Of a stretch of 64,000 nt of DNA, positions 39,073 to 50,733 are shown in pieces. Made by a program: the position numbers and the translations under genes. Position 1 is the first letter of the stretch; each line of letters opens with the position of its first letter. Below the pieces are notes generated by a model. It made no database searches. It saw only the letters and a list, made by a program, of their open reading frames with translations, and was not told the DNA's origin. The DNA is from Octopus bimaculoides. Its lineage: Eukaryota. The stretch spans positions 37,068,582-37,132,581 of the forward strand of contig NC_068986.1 in NCBI RefSeq assembly GCF_001194135.2, in the 5' to 3' direction.

Positions 39073-39634
39073 CAATGACGATGATGATGACGATGATGAT
39101 AATGTCTTGAACTTAGAATCATTAGACCTCAATTGATATTACAGAAAGTACCTATTCTTATATCCCTCTAGTTTCTGCTTCATTCTCCAGAAAGTGAATA
39201 ATACAATAGAATCTTTAAAAAGGAAAAAAGAAAAAGAAAATTACTAAATGAGCAAAGAAAAGGGGAAAAAAAGAGAAAAAAATAAAGGGAATTTTATAAA
39301 AATACTGCTCATTGAAGCATTTCTAAACGAAACTAAAATGAAGAGAAAAAGTGTAGCTTGGAAGAAGTTTCTTAAACAATCATAGTTTGAACTTAAGTGT
39401 AGAGTATATTATAAAGACGAAATGTTGCAAACTCACCTTACTGTGTTACGGTTTTTGTCCAAACTTAGCAGCTGAAGTCAAACACCATCTGAAAGATGGG
39501 AAATAATGAAGTAGGTTAATTAGATTTCTGAGAGGGTTTTGAGTAGGTTTCCAACACACAAGTAGTGGAAGGCTGTTAAGTTAGAGAATTATGTGGGACT
39601 TAATGTCTTTGGCAGCATGCATGCACATACACAT

Positions 39635-39674
<40 letters not shown>

Positions 39675-41650
39675 ATACACACACACACACATGCACACAC
39701 ACACACACACACACATTTTGTAAATTCAACCATATACACATGAAACTATAATCATACATACAATTATACATGCATCTGCAGAATATATAAATATTTACAG
39801 ATACTCACCTATACATAAAACATATTTGAGTGCAAACACACACACATACTTATACATACATATGAATATACATACGTATACGTATGTGTGTGTGTGCATG
39901 TGTGTGTGTGTGTGTGTGTGTGTGTATACATGTAGCTTCATGCAAATCAAAAGTTACACACTTATATAACTATTGATAGTTTAACATTTTCATAGCTTCA
40001 CCGACAGGAAAACACGTATGTGTGAACACACAACCATTTCATTATACAGGCAAACATACATGGAAACGTGTGTGTGTGTGTGTGTGCATATACACGCACA
40101 CACACGTGCTATCATTATGTTTACGATACATAAGAACATGGAAAGACAGTCACGCAATCCAATATTTAGATGCTAAGGATACAGCTGTGAACATACCTAT
40201 ACACATGTACATGTTTATTATGGGTAGGAATAAGTAATGAGATGAAAGTCCAAGCAAGAGAGAGAGAGAGAGGGACATACAGACAGACATTCAAACAGAC
40301 AAACAGACAGGCAGAGCGGGAATAAAAGTGAATTAGAGGGAGTGATAGAATGTAGTACTAAGAGTTAGGTAAATACAGTATTATATGGAAAGTTAAAAGA
40401 ATATGAATGTGTGTGCATTTATGTGTGTAAGTGATGACAGAGCAGGTGAAGAGGAAGAGAGAGGAAGAGATTCAAAAGGGAAGTGAGAAGAAGAGAAAGT
40501 GGGATGGAGTGAAAATGAGTGCAGTTTTGAATGACCGTGTGAGTGTGGGTAAACGAGAGTGAAGAGGAGAGATATAGCTCGAAAGAGAGAGGAAGAAAGA
40601 GAGAAAGAGGAGAGGAGAGAGAGAGCGAGAGAAAGGAAAGATTGAATTAATGAGTTTGAAAAGAGTTATTAAATGACTAACAGAAAGAAGAACAGTTAAG
40701 ATAGAAGTAGGGAAAAGAAAGACTGGAAAGAGAAGAGCAAAGAAAGAGAGGAACGAGAAGGAAATGTGGGGGTGAGTACACACACACACACACATATACA
40801 TATACACACACACAAGAGAAGACAAAGGGTAAGAGAGAAGGAACGATTGAACAAATGAGTTTAAAAAGAGTTATTAAATGACTAACATAAGAAGAGACAG
40901 TTGGCAGAGATGGAGAAAGAGACTGAAAACAGAAGAACAGAGAAAAACAGACATACAAGGAGATACAGAGAGGAAGACACATGCATAAAATAAAAGATAC
41001 ACACATGCCAAAAAAAAAAAAAAAAAAAATACCCATACACACATGCACACAAAAACACAGAGTATTACAAGAAAGAGAATTGGGCAGTGAAAGCTGACTG
41101 AGCATTTAAGAAAATAGATTAGTTTTCAGGTTTATCTTCATCTGTGTTGTTTTATCTTTCAGCCCTTGGAGGGATCGTTTAGTCTTGATTTGAACTTGAG
41201 ATGTCTCACTTGACAGGAATAAAATACACATTTGAGTATAGATCACACACACACAAAACAAACATCTACATTTGACACATTTCTTTTACCTCAATTACAA
41301 TTTTGTTGAAAAAGAAGAGACTTGATGAAGAAATCCTTCAGTTTCTGACTACAAGACCAAATAAAGGAAGATTGTTAGGATACTGGATTAGAATTCCCTT
41401 CTCACAGCTAACTTAGGTTACACATATGTTTATGTATATATGCATACCCAACACCTATTGGATGTCTTTATGTACACATATGAACACATGATGAGTTACA
41501 GCACAATGTGTTATCATCATAATTCCTGCCACAATATATTTTTGTTTTCTTTTTGTAAAATGTGCTACGATTCCTAAACCCCTTGTTGCTTCGTGATATG
41601 AGATAGAATGGATTTAGAACAGTCACTAAATAATAATAATAATAATAATG

Positions 41651-41704
<54 letters not shown>

Positions 41705-41705
41705 G

Positions 41706-41930
41706 AAACCTTTCTATTGTAGACACAAGGCTTGAAATTTGGGTGAGGGGCACACTCAATTACATCGACCCTAGTACTCAACTGGTACTTATTTAATTGA
41801 CCCCAAAAGGGGGTGAAAGGCAAAGGAGTTGATTACATTGTCCCCAGTGTATAACTGGTGCTTATTTCATCAACCCCAAAAGGATGAAAGGCAAAATCAA
41901 CCTCGGTGGAATTTGAACTCAGAATGTAAG
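41706..41930 (-). mobile_element. tRNA-headed SINE, family C, with (ATT)n tail at 41630-41704
   Basis: TTCTGAGTTCAAATTCCACCGAGGTTGATTTTGCCTTTCATCC on the minus strand; the core is partly duplicated. Confidence 0.75.
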
Positions 41931-42100
41931 GCAAGAATGTAAGTCACAACATTCATGCAATACTCAGTTGGCATTTCTCCTATCAATAAATCACCTGCTT
42001 ACTTTGTGCCTTTTAAAGACATGCAGAAAAAAAAGATCCCTTACATGAAAAACACAGGTAAAGACTAGCAAGAGGCATTGGAGGGCATCCAACTGTATAA

Positions 42101-42318
42101 CATCATCATCATCATCATTTAACGTCCGCTTTCCATGCTAGCATGGGTTGGACGATTTGACTGAGGACTGGTGAAACCAGATGGCTACACCAGGCTCCAA
42201 TCTGATTTGGCAGAGTTTCTACAGCTGGATGCCCTTCCTAACGCCAACCACTCCGAGAGTGTAGTGGGTGCTTTTACGTGCCACTGGCATGAAAGCCAGT
42301 CAGGAGGTACTGGCAACA
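42101..42318 (-). mobile_element. RTE-type LINE 3' UTR fragment (young)
   Basis: Near-identical reverse complement of about 21270-21449; explains the duplicated MKPDGxTRLQSDLAEF ORF calls. Confidence 0.85.
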
Positions 42319-42342
42319 ATACCTCAATAACATATTCATCTC

Positions 42343-42625
42343 CAGTGGTTCTCAAAATGGGCAGTGGAAAGATCCAGGGGATCATTGAAGAAAAGTAGGA
42401 TGATAATGGGGTGGCCAAAATGTGTGTGTGTGTGGGGGGGGGGTGATAGATGTAAAAAAATATATATTCATAGGTTAATTAGGCTTAAGTTTTATTTGTG
42501 AAATGCAGTTGTTTTGAATTTGCTGCAGAAAGTGGTTTGTATTTGTGGTGGGGAGAGGGAGGAGTGCTAGGAATGTGGCCTGAGTGCCAAGGGGTTATTA
42601 GCCTTAAAAAATTTGGGAACCACTA
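42343..42625. mobile_element. hAT (Charlie-type) MITE, 283 bp
   Basis: Terminal inverted repeats CAGTGGTTCTCAAA (42343) and TTTGGGAACCACTA (42612-25). An 8-bp target duplication is not recognisable (TTCATCTC vs ACCCATGC). Confidence 0.7.
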
Positions 42626-44047
42626 ACCCATGCCAGTATAGAAAAACGAGCTTAAAACAAAGGAACAAATATAAACTGGTAGCTTTTTTCATTTAAAGAC
42701 TGTGGTTTCAAGTAAATTTATCATGGCAATTATCACTCAGGGAAAAATAGACTCATTTTTTGAGCAAAGCTCAAACAGAAATTAGGTTTGTTAGAAAGCA
42801 TAAAATCTGACTAAAGATGTATTATCAGATGACTGAGAAAGAATGAGAAAAGAGCTTATCATTGACCTATAATTACTGATCTAACAAGTATGGGGATGAG
42901 ACAAGCCAATCATGATGATGATGAAAACAGGTGGAAAGAAATTAAGGATGAGGTGACTCAAGAGAGGCCATGGAAATGGAAAATGAAAAGATGCTATTGT
43001 TGTTAATTAAGGTCTGATCAAGGAGATGAAAGTCATTCTAGCTAAGTTCATCATTTTAAGTATCTAGGACTAAAAATCCTATATATTAAATGTGATCATT
43101 CAATACATAAGGTGGTACAGTGTGATTTAAGAAAGATTCAGCTGTTATTTCTAGCTGACCAAAGATGTTGGTAGTATATCAGGTTTAGCATGATTCCTGA
43201 CCACAATGAAAATATTTCTAATGAGGTTGATTTTGGCATTGATGGTGCCATTATTTGTTTCATGATGATGATGATAATGTGATGATGATGATGATGTGTA
43301 TTCACCAAGAAGCCACTGTTTTTGATACATTTTCCAATGACCTAGTGAATATAGAGTAACAGAAGAAAGAGCTAATTCGGTCAGTTGTTGGATAGATGTG
43401 TGGAAAGAGATATGTTTTTTTACACTTACATATATATAAACACAAACTGCACATACACACATACACAAACGATAAAAAATTTTTAATTTGCATGTGTTGT
43501 GTTTATGTATGTATTCTAATGAAAGAGCCATCAATATAGAAATACCAGAAAACTATTTTGGTCAACAAATGAGAATAGCCCCTCTTTCTCTCCTCCTCAA
43601 TATGTACACACACACACACGCGCGCGCGTATATATATAATGTATATTGCGCAGATCTATTCAATAAACTTTAAACTTTTACATATACAGACATACACAAA
43701 GAGAAAGGAATGCATACAATGTATATATGTGCTTTTCTAATCAATTGTTGTGATGCATGTATAAATAAATTTACATGGAATGTGTGTGTACGTGTTTATA
43801 CTTGGGTATTCACTGATGTAACGTATATATATGAATCGTGATTAAGTGTAATGTCTATATGCACACCATATGTATGTATAAACACAAAGCCAAACTCTGA
43901 GAGTAAGACTGAAACAATGCAGTGTGTGTATGTGTGTGTGTGAGTGTGTATGCATATACAAATATATACACGCATACGTACATGTATTTATATATAGTTA
44001 TATGCAATTATATATTACTGCAATGCATAAATGAGTGTGTGTGTGCG

Positions 44048-44088
<41 letters not shown>

Positions 44089-44889
44089 NNNNNNNNNNNN
44101 NNNNNNNNNNNNNNNNNNNNNNNNNNNNNNNNNNNNNNNNNNNNNNNNNNNNNNNNNNNNNNNNNNNNNNNNNNNNNNNNNNNNNNNNNNNNNNNNNNNN
44201 NNNNNNNNNNNNNNNNNNNNNNNNNNNNNNNNNNNNNNNNNNNNNNNNNNNNNNNNNNNNNNNNNNNNNNNNNNNNNNNNNNNNNNNNNNNNNNNNNNNN
44301 NNNNNNNNNNNNNNNNNNNNNNNNNNNNNNNNNNNNNNNNNNNNNNNNNNNNNNNNNNNNNNNNNNNNNNNNNNNNNNNNNNNNNNNNNNNNNNNNNNNN
44401 NNNNNNNNNNNNNNNNNNNNNNNNNNNNNNNNNNNNNNNNNNNNNNNNNNNNNNNNNNNNNNNNNNNNNNNNNNNNNNNNNNNNNNNNNNNNNNNNNNNN
44501 NNNNNNNNNNNNNNNNNNNNNNNNNNNNNNNNNNNNNNNNNNNNNNNNNNNNNNNNNNNNNNNNNNNNNNNNNNNNNNNNNNNNNNNNNNNNNNNNNNNN
44601 NNNNNNNNNNNNNNNNNNNNNNNNNNNNNNNNNNNNNNNNNNNNNNNNNNNNNNNNNNNNNNNNNNNNNNNNNNNNNNNNNNNNNNNNNNNNNNNNNNNN
44701 NNNNNNNNNNNNNNNNNNNNNNNNNNNNNNNNNNNNNNNNNNNNNNNNNNNNNNNNNNNNNNNNNNNNNNNNNNNNNNNNNNNNNNNNNNNNNNNNNNNN
44801 NNNNNNNNNNNNNNNNNNNNNNNNNNNNNNNNNNNNNNNNNNNNNNNNNNNNNNNNNNNNNNNNNNNNNNNNNNNNNNNNNNNNNNNNN

Positions 44890-44922
<33 letters not shown>

Positions 44923-45295
44923 ATGGATAAGTGTGTGCTGGACCTCAAAACTACAGAATACAATAGACAACGAAGATAACGAGTGAGAGGAGGGAGAGAG
45001 AAAGATAGTAAATGTGGATAGAGAAAGAGAGGATGAGATAGAGAGAAGGGGTTGTTAATGATGTGGAGAAAAAGATAAGATAGAAGAAAGGTAAGAAGGT
45101 GAGGAGAGGAAGAGGGGGAGGTAAGTGTAGGGAATGAGAGAAATGACTTCAGATACAATACAGAGAGAATAACATGTGGAACAATGAGGGAGGGGGAGCA
45201 AAGGGGCATAGAAAGAAAAGAGAGAGAGAGAGAGTTATAGAGTATGGGAGAGAGGAATGAAGATAGAAAAAGATGATCTCTAAAATAGAAGTTTT

Positions 45296-45300
45296 GAGAT

Positions 45301-45340
<40 letters not shown>

Positions 45341-45755
45341 CAGAGAGAGAGAGACAGAGAGAGAGAAAGACACAGAGAGAGAAAGACAGAGAGAGAGAAA
45401 GACAGAGAGAGAGAAAGACAAAGAGAGAGAGAGACAGAGAGAGAGAAAGACACAGAGAGACAGAGACATAGAAAGACAGAGAGAGAGAGAGAGAGAAAGA
45501 CACAGAGAGAGAAAGACAGAGAGAGAGAAAGACAGAGAGAGAGAAAGACAAAGAGAGAGAGAGACAGAGAGAGAGAAAGACAGAGAGAGAGAAAGACACA
45601 GAGAGAGAAAGACACAGAGAGAGAAAGACAGAGAGAGAGAAAGACAGAGAGACAGAGAGACAGAGAGAGAGACAGAGACAGAGAGAGAAAGACAGAGAGA
45701 GAGAAAGACACAGAGGGAGAAAGACAGAGAGAGAGATAGACAGAGAGAGAGAGAC

Positions 45756-45808
<53 letters not shown>

Positions 45809-45821
45809 CAGAGAGAGAGAA
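45296..45821. repeat. Purine-rich (GA)n / GAAAGACA compound satellite running into an assembly gap
   Basis: Higher-order repetition of GAGAGAGAAAGACA(CA) units; the source of the spurious RE and SL ORFs. Confidence 0.92.
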
Positions 45822-47450
45822 NNNNNNNNNNNNNNNNNNNNNNNNNNNNNNNNNNNNNNNNNNNNNNNNNNNNNNNNNNNNNNNNNNNNNNNNNNNNNNN
45901 NNNNNNNNNNNNNNNNNNNNNNNNNNNNNNNNNNNNNNNNNNNNNNNNNNNNNNNNNNNNNNNNNNNNNNNNNNNNNNNNNNNNNNNNNNNNNNNNNNNN
46001 NNNNNNNNNNNNNNNNNNNNNNNNNNNNNNNNNNNNNNNNNNNNNNNNNNNNNNNNNNNNNNNNNNNNNNNNNNNNNNNNNNNNNNNNNNNNNNNNNNNN
46101 NNNNNNNNNNNNNNNNNNNNNNNNNNNNNNNNNNNNNNNNNNNNNNNNNNNNNNNNNNNNNNNNNNNNNNNNNNNNNNNNNNNNNNNNNNNNNNNNNNNN
46201 NNNNNNNNNNNNNNNNNNNNNNNNNNNNNNNNNNNNNNNNNNNNNNNNNNNNNNNNNNNNNNNNNNNNNNNNNNNNNNNNNNNNNNNNNNNNNNNNNNNN
46301 NNNNNNNNNNNNNNNNNNNNNNNNNNNNNNNNNNNNNNNNNNNNNNNNNNNNNNNNNNNNNNNNNNNNNNNNNNNNNNNNNNNNNNNNNNNNNNNNNNNN
46401 NNNNNNNNNNNNNNNNNNNNNNNNNNNNNNNNNNNNNNNNNNNNNNNNNNNNNNNNNNNNNNNNNNNNNNNNNNNNNNNNNNNNNNNNNNNNNNNNNNNN
46501 NNNNNNNNNNNNNNNNGGGAGTGACGGAAAATAAAACTACAAAATAAATAGTTTCAGGGAAAAAAAAAAGAAAAAGAAAATATATAGAAAATAAAGATAA
46601 AAATGTAAATAGAGAGAGAGAGAGAAGAGGAGGGGGGAAAAAAAGAAAGAAAAAGACTGAAGGATGCTATATCCATCTGTAGTAGGAATTCTTTATCCAG
46701 GCATCTTTAACAAATCTGCTATTGTATTTTATTCTCTTCACCTTGGAAGCATTTGTTTCCATTTCTGATGCCTGCTTTTTGCCAAAAAAAATCTTTGTAG
46801 TCATCTGTCTGGGCTCAAAGAATAATAGAGGAAAAAAGCTTGGAGTGAATATAAACGTAGGAATGAGAAAAAAGAAAATAAATAAATAAAATAAAATAAA
46901 GTCAGTGACTGGAGGAGGAGGGGGGAGAAGAAGAAGAATTGGAAGAAGAAGAAGAAGAAGAAGAAGAAGAAGAAGAAGAAGAAGAAGAGGCGGAGGAGTG
47001 GAAACTTGAATGATGATAATGATGGTGATTCTTATAAAAATAACATCAATAATAATAATAATAATAATAATAAGGAAATTTAAGAAAAGATTTAAGTAAT
47101 AAAATGAATAAATGTAAGAAAAAAAAACTATTTCTAGCATCCTCCTTAAAAAATTTGTAAAGTGAATGTGAAAAAAATTGAAACAGAAGTTCAATTTGAA
47201 AATATTAAAGATTCCTCAAAAGGAATTTCTGAAATAAAAGTGTACTTAAGAATTGGCCTATTTTGCTTTGAATGTTTTTTCATAAATAATCTAAATGATT
47301 TTCAAAATATTATTGCTGTTTCAAGCTGGTGGAATCATTAGCATGTTGGACAAATTGCTCTGCATCATTATTTAACATTTTTTTTTTTATGGATCTTTAC
47401 ATTCTTAGTTCAAATCCTGGCAAAGTCAGTTTCGCTTTTATTATTATTAT

Positions 47451-47481
<31 letters not shown>

Positions 47482-47776
47482 CAGAGTAAATAAAATAAAG
47501 TAAGCAGTCAAGCACTGGGGTCAAGAGTATCAACTAATCCCTTTTTTCAAATTTACTAGCCTTGTGCCAGCATTTGAAACAATTATTATTATTATTATTA
47601 TTATTATTATTGTTCAGCAGTTTTATTTTTATAACGTGCTTTCACTTCACTACTGAGCGCAGCTCTGTGTGCCTTGGGTATGTGCTGTGGTTTGCTGTAT
47701 TGAAAGTGTTTTGCGTAGGATGTGTGCAGTGCCCAGTAGTGCAATTTTCTGTATGTTATATATATTTGTAAGTCCT

Positions 47777-47829
<53 letters not shown>

Positions 47830-47849
47830 AACATGCCACCTTCCTATGT

Positions 47850-48013
47850 CCCTTTAGCATTCAAGCTGGCCAGATCTGGCCACAAATATTCTACCTGTTT
47901 TATGTTCAAACCAACCAGGTTCAGCCTCTCACCCCTACCCGACAATCTCATTCTAAAATTAAACAATCATATCATCGAAATTTTGAAGTTATGAGACAAT
48001 GTATGCTAAAGGG
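47850..48013. mobile_element. piggyBac-like MITE (internally deleted copy, 164 bp)
   Basis: Perfect 11-bp TIRs CCCTTTAGCAT / ATGCTAAAGGG with TTAA on the right flank (48014-17); the left TTAA is not preserved. Confidence 0.7.
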
Positions 48014-48330
48014 TTAACAAGATGGAGCAAGGAGATTTTCTCTGCTTAGTGACTATGGTGAAAGAGATTGTGAGGTGGCCAAAGCTGAAAGGATTAAGAT
48101 CAGTCATTTTCCTTTTCAATTAAGCCCTCGTCAATTTTTTCACAAGTTCCATTCGGAAAAGCAGGTAAAGGTGGAGAGGGAAGCACACACCTCCAGTAAA
48201 TTTATTAAAAAGTGGTTGACTGCAGTAAAAATAGTTAGAGTGGATGGAATGACTCCATAAATAAATACATTTATAGAATCAGACAAGAACATACTTTTTT
48301 ACTGATTTTACTGCTTTTCATGAGGATACA

Positions 48331-48727
48331 TACTCTTTTACTTGTTTCAGTCACTTGACTGCGGACATGCTGGAGCACCGCTTTTAGTCGAGCAAATCGA
48401 CCCCAGGACTTACTCTTTGGAAGCCTAGTACTTATTCTATCGGATCTCTTTTGCCGAACCGCTAAGTTACGGGGACGTAAACACACCAGCATCAGTTGTC
48501 AAGCGATGTTGGGGGCACAAACACAGACACACAAACACACACACATATATATATACATATGCATATATACGACGGTCTTCTTTCAATTTCCGTCTACCAA
48601 ATCCACTCACAAGGCTTTCGTTGGCCCGGGGCTATAGTAGAAGACACTTGCCCAAAGTGCCACGCAGTGGGACTGAACCCAGAACCATGTGGTTGGTAAG
48701 CAGGCTACTTACCACACAGCCACTCCT
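48331..48727 (-). mobile_element. tRNA-headed SINE, family A (full length, young)
   Basis: Reverse complement of 17596-17990 with few differences; CpGs retained. Confidence 0.88.
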
Positions 48728-49075
48728 GATAAGTTAGTTGCAGACAACAATTCTATAAAAGTAATCACTAACACAATGTTGTGTAAAATGGATGCAACAC
48801 ATGTTGAACAGAGTCCAACACAAAAAGGACAATAGTAGGACGGGTCGAAACAAACATTGTTCTGAATAAAGTTTAATACCAAATCCAGATTCTCGTTACT
48901 TAATATAATTACCCCAACTGACACTTCAGAGTAGATCCATCAGAAATACACCATGACTGCAGATGACAACAGGTAGCCTAAACTGTGCCAGTTTAACATG
49001 ACACATAAACACACTAATTGGCTTATACCAATTAGTCTAAAGCATTATTATCATATATATCATTATAATATACAC

Positions 49076-49106
<31 letters not shown>

Positions 49107-49643
49107 CATATATATATATGCATGTATATACATGTGTATNNNNNNNNNNNNNNNNNNNNNNNNNNNNNNNNNNNNNNNNNNNNNNNNNNNNNNNNNNNNN
49201 NNNNNNNNNNNNNNNNNNNNNNNNNNNNNNNNNNNNNNNNNNNNNNNNNNNNNNNNNNNNNNNNNNNNNNNNNNNNNNNNNNNNNNNNNNNNNNNNNNNN
49301 NNNNNNNNNNNNNNNNNNNNNNNNNNNNNNNNNNNNNNNNNNNNNNNNNNNNNNNNNNNNNNNNNNNNNNNNNNNNNNNNNNNNNNNNNNNNNNNNNNNN
49401 NNNNNNNNNNNNNNNNNNNNNNNNNNNNNNNNNNNNNNNNNNNNNNNNNNNNNNNNNNNNNNNNNNNNNNNNNNNNNNNNNNNNNNNNNNNNNNNNNNNN
49501 NNNNNNNNNNNNNNNNNNNNNNNNNNNNNNNNNNNNNNNNNNNNNNNNNNNNNNNNNNNNNNNNNNNNNNNNNNNNNNNNNNNNNNNNNNNNNNNNNNNN
49601 NNNNNNNNNNNNNNNNNNNNNNNNNNNNNNNNNNNNNNNNNNN

Positions 49644-49690
<47 letters not shown>

Positions 49691-50639
49691 ATACATACAT
49701 ACATACATATATAAATATGTATACATACATATATAAATATATATATAAATATATATATACATACATATATAAATATATATATATTACATGACAAATGCTG
49801 TTTTTAAGAGATTATTGAGAGATGAATTGATATTGGAGAAAGCGTATACATAATGACAGATTAATAAGAGAGGAAGGACATTGAAAGATAGAGTAAATAA
49901 AGACAGAGTCTCAAGTGAAACTTGGAGAGCAACATCAGAAAAATGATCAGAGGAGCAGATGTGTGTTTATCTTAGAAACATGAAAACATTTACTTTTTCT
50001 TTCAGAGAGGTGGAAACATCTGAAATCCAAGTGGATCTTCAGCTGTAAACATACACAACTTATACGACTGTACATCTGTCATCTTCCAATTTCTGTGCTC
50101 ATGTAAACCTGTCATCCACACTTTTTCTCTTACACTTCTCTGACATCTCAATGTCTTTCCTTGACTTTTCTGTCATTCTCTTGAAGTGGTAGGAAATCTT
50201 TTTTTCCCTTTTTCCTTTTTTTATTTTTTTACTATCAACTTATTCTTTCAACCTCTCAACCTTTTTGACTTCTAAGTTTCTCTTGCCTATCATTTCTCTC
50301 TCTATCTCTCTCTCTCTCTCTCACTACTTTTTATATCATCTTTTTCTCTTACAGTTATATCTCCAAAGACACATGTACACAGATTTTCTCTTCTCTTTTT
50401 TCCTCATTCCCAATCACAATGCCCTGAGACTTTACTGTTAAAGCAGTAATAAAAAAAAGAGAGATGAAAAAGGAATAAATGGTTATCTTATGAATTTCAT
50501 TAGCTTACAGCTGTTTCTTCTATAAGATGCTGTGGACTCATAGTCAAACAGCTGAATAACACCTTATAGCTTCACTGGAGCTTTGAATAAGAAGTGCAAT
50601 TTATTTGGGAAAGAATTACATTTCTGCCAATACAGGGAA

Positions 50640-50733
50640 TGACATCAACAAGGGGAAAGTCAATACAGATGTATATAAGAAAAGTATATGTACAATACAT
50701 CTGTATTGACTCTTCTCATTGCTGAACTTGTCA
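50640..50733. other. Long imperfect inverted repeat (hairpin)
   Basis: Perfect 17-bp arms AGTCAATACAGATGTAT (50658-74) and ATACATCTGTATTGACT (50695-711) around a 20-nt loop, extendable outward with G:U and A:C mismatches. Confidence 0.85.

Noticed and set aside
43922-45739. Longest ORFs in the track (300-533 aa)
   Set aside because: They are long only because they cross N-gaps and (AT)n/(GA)n satellites. The same applies to ORFs at about 15.2, 49.0-49.8, 54.1-54.7 and 63.1-63.7 kb.
50495-50545. Possible second hammerhead on the minus strand (CTATGAGTCC...GAAACAGCTGTA, palindromic ACAGCTGT)
   Set aside because: G5 is missing, stem II does not pair and no adjacent stem I is present. At most a heavily decayed relic that cannot be supported from this copy.
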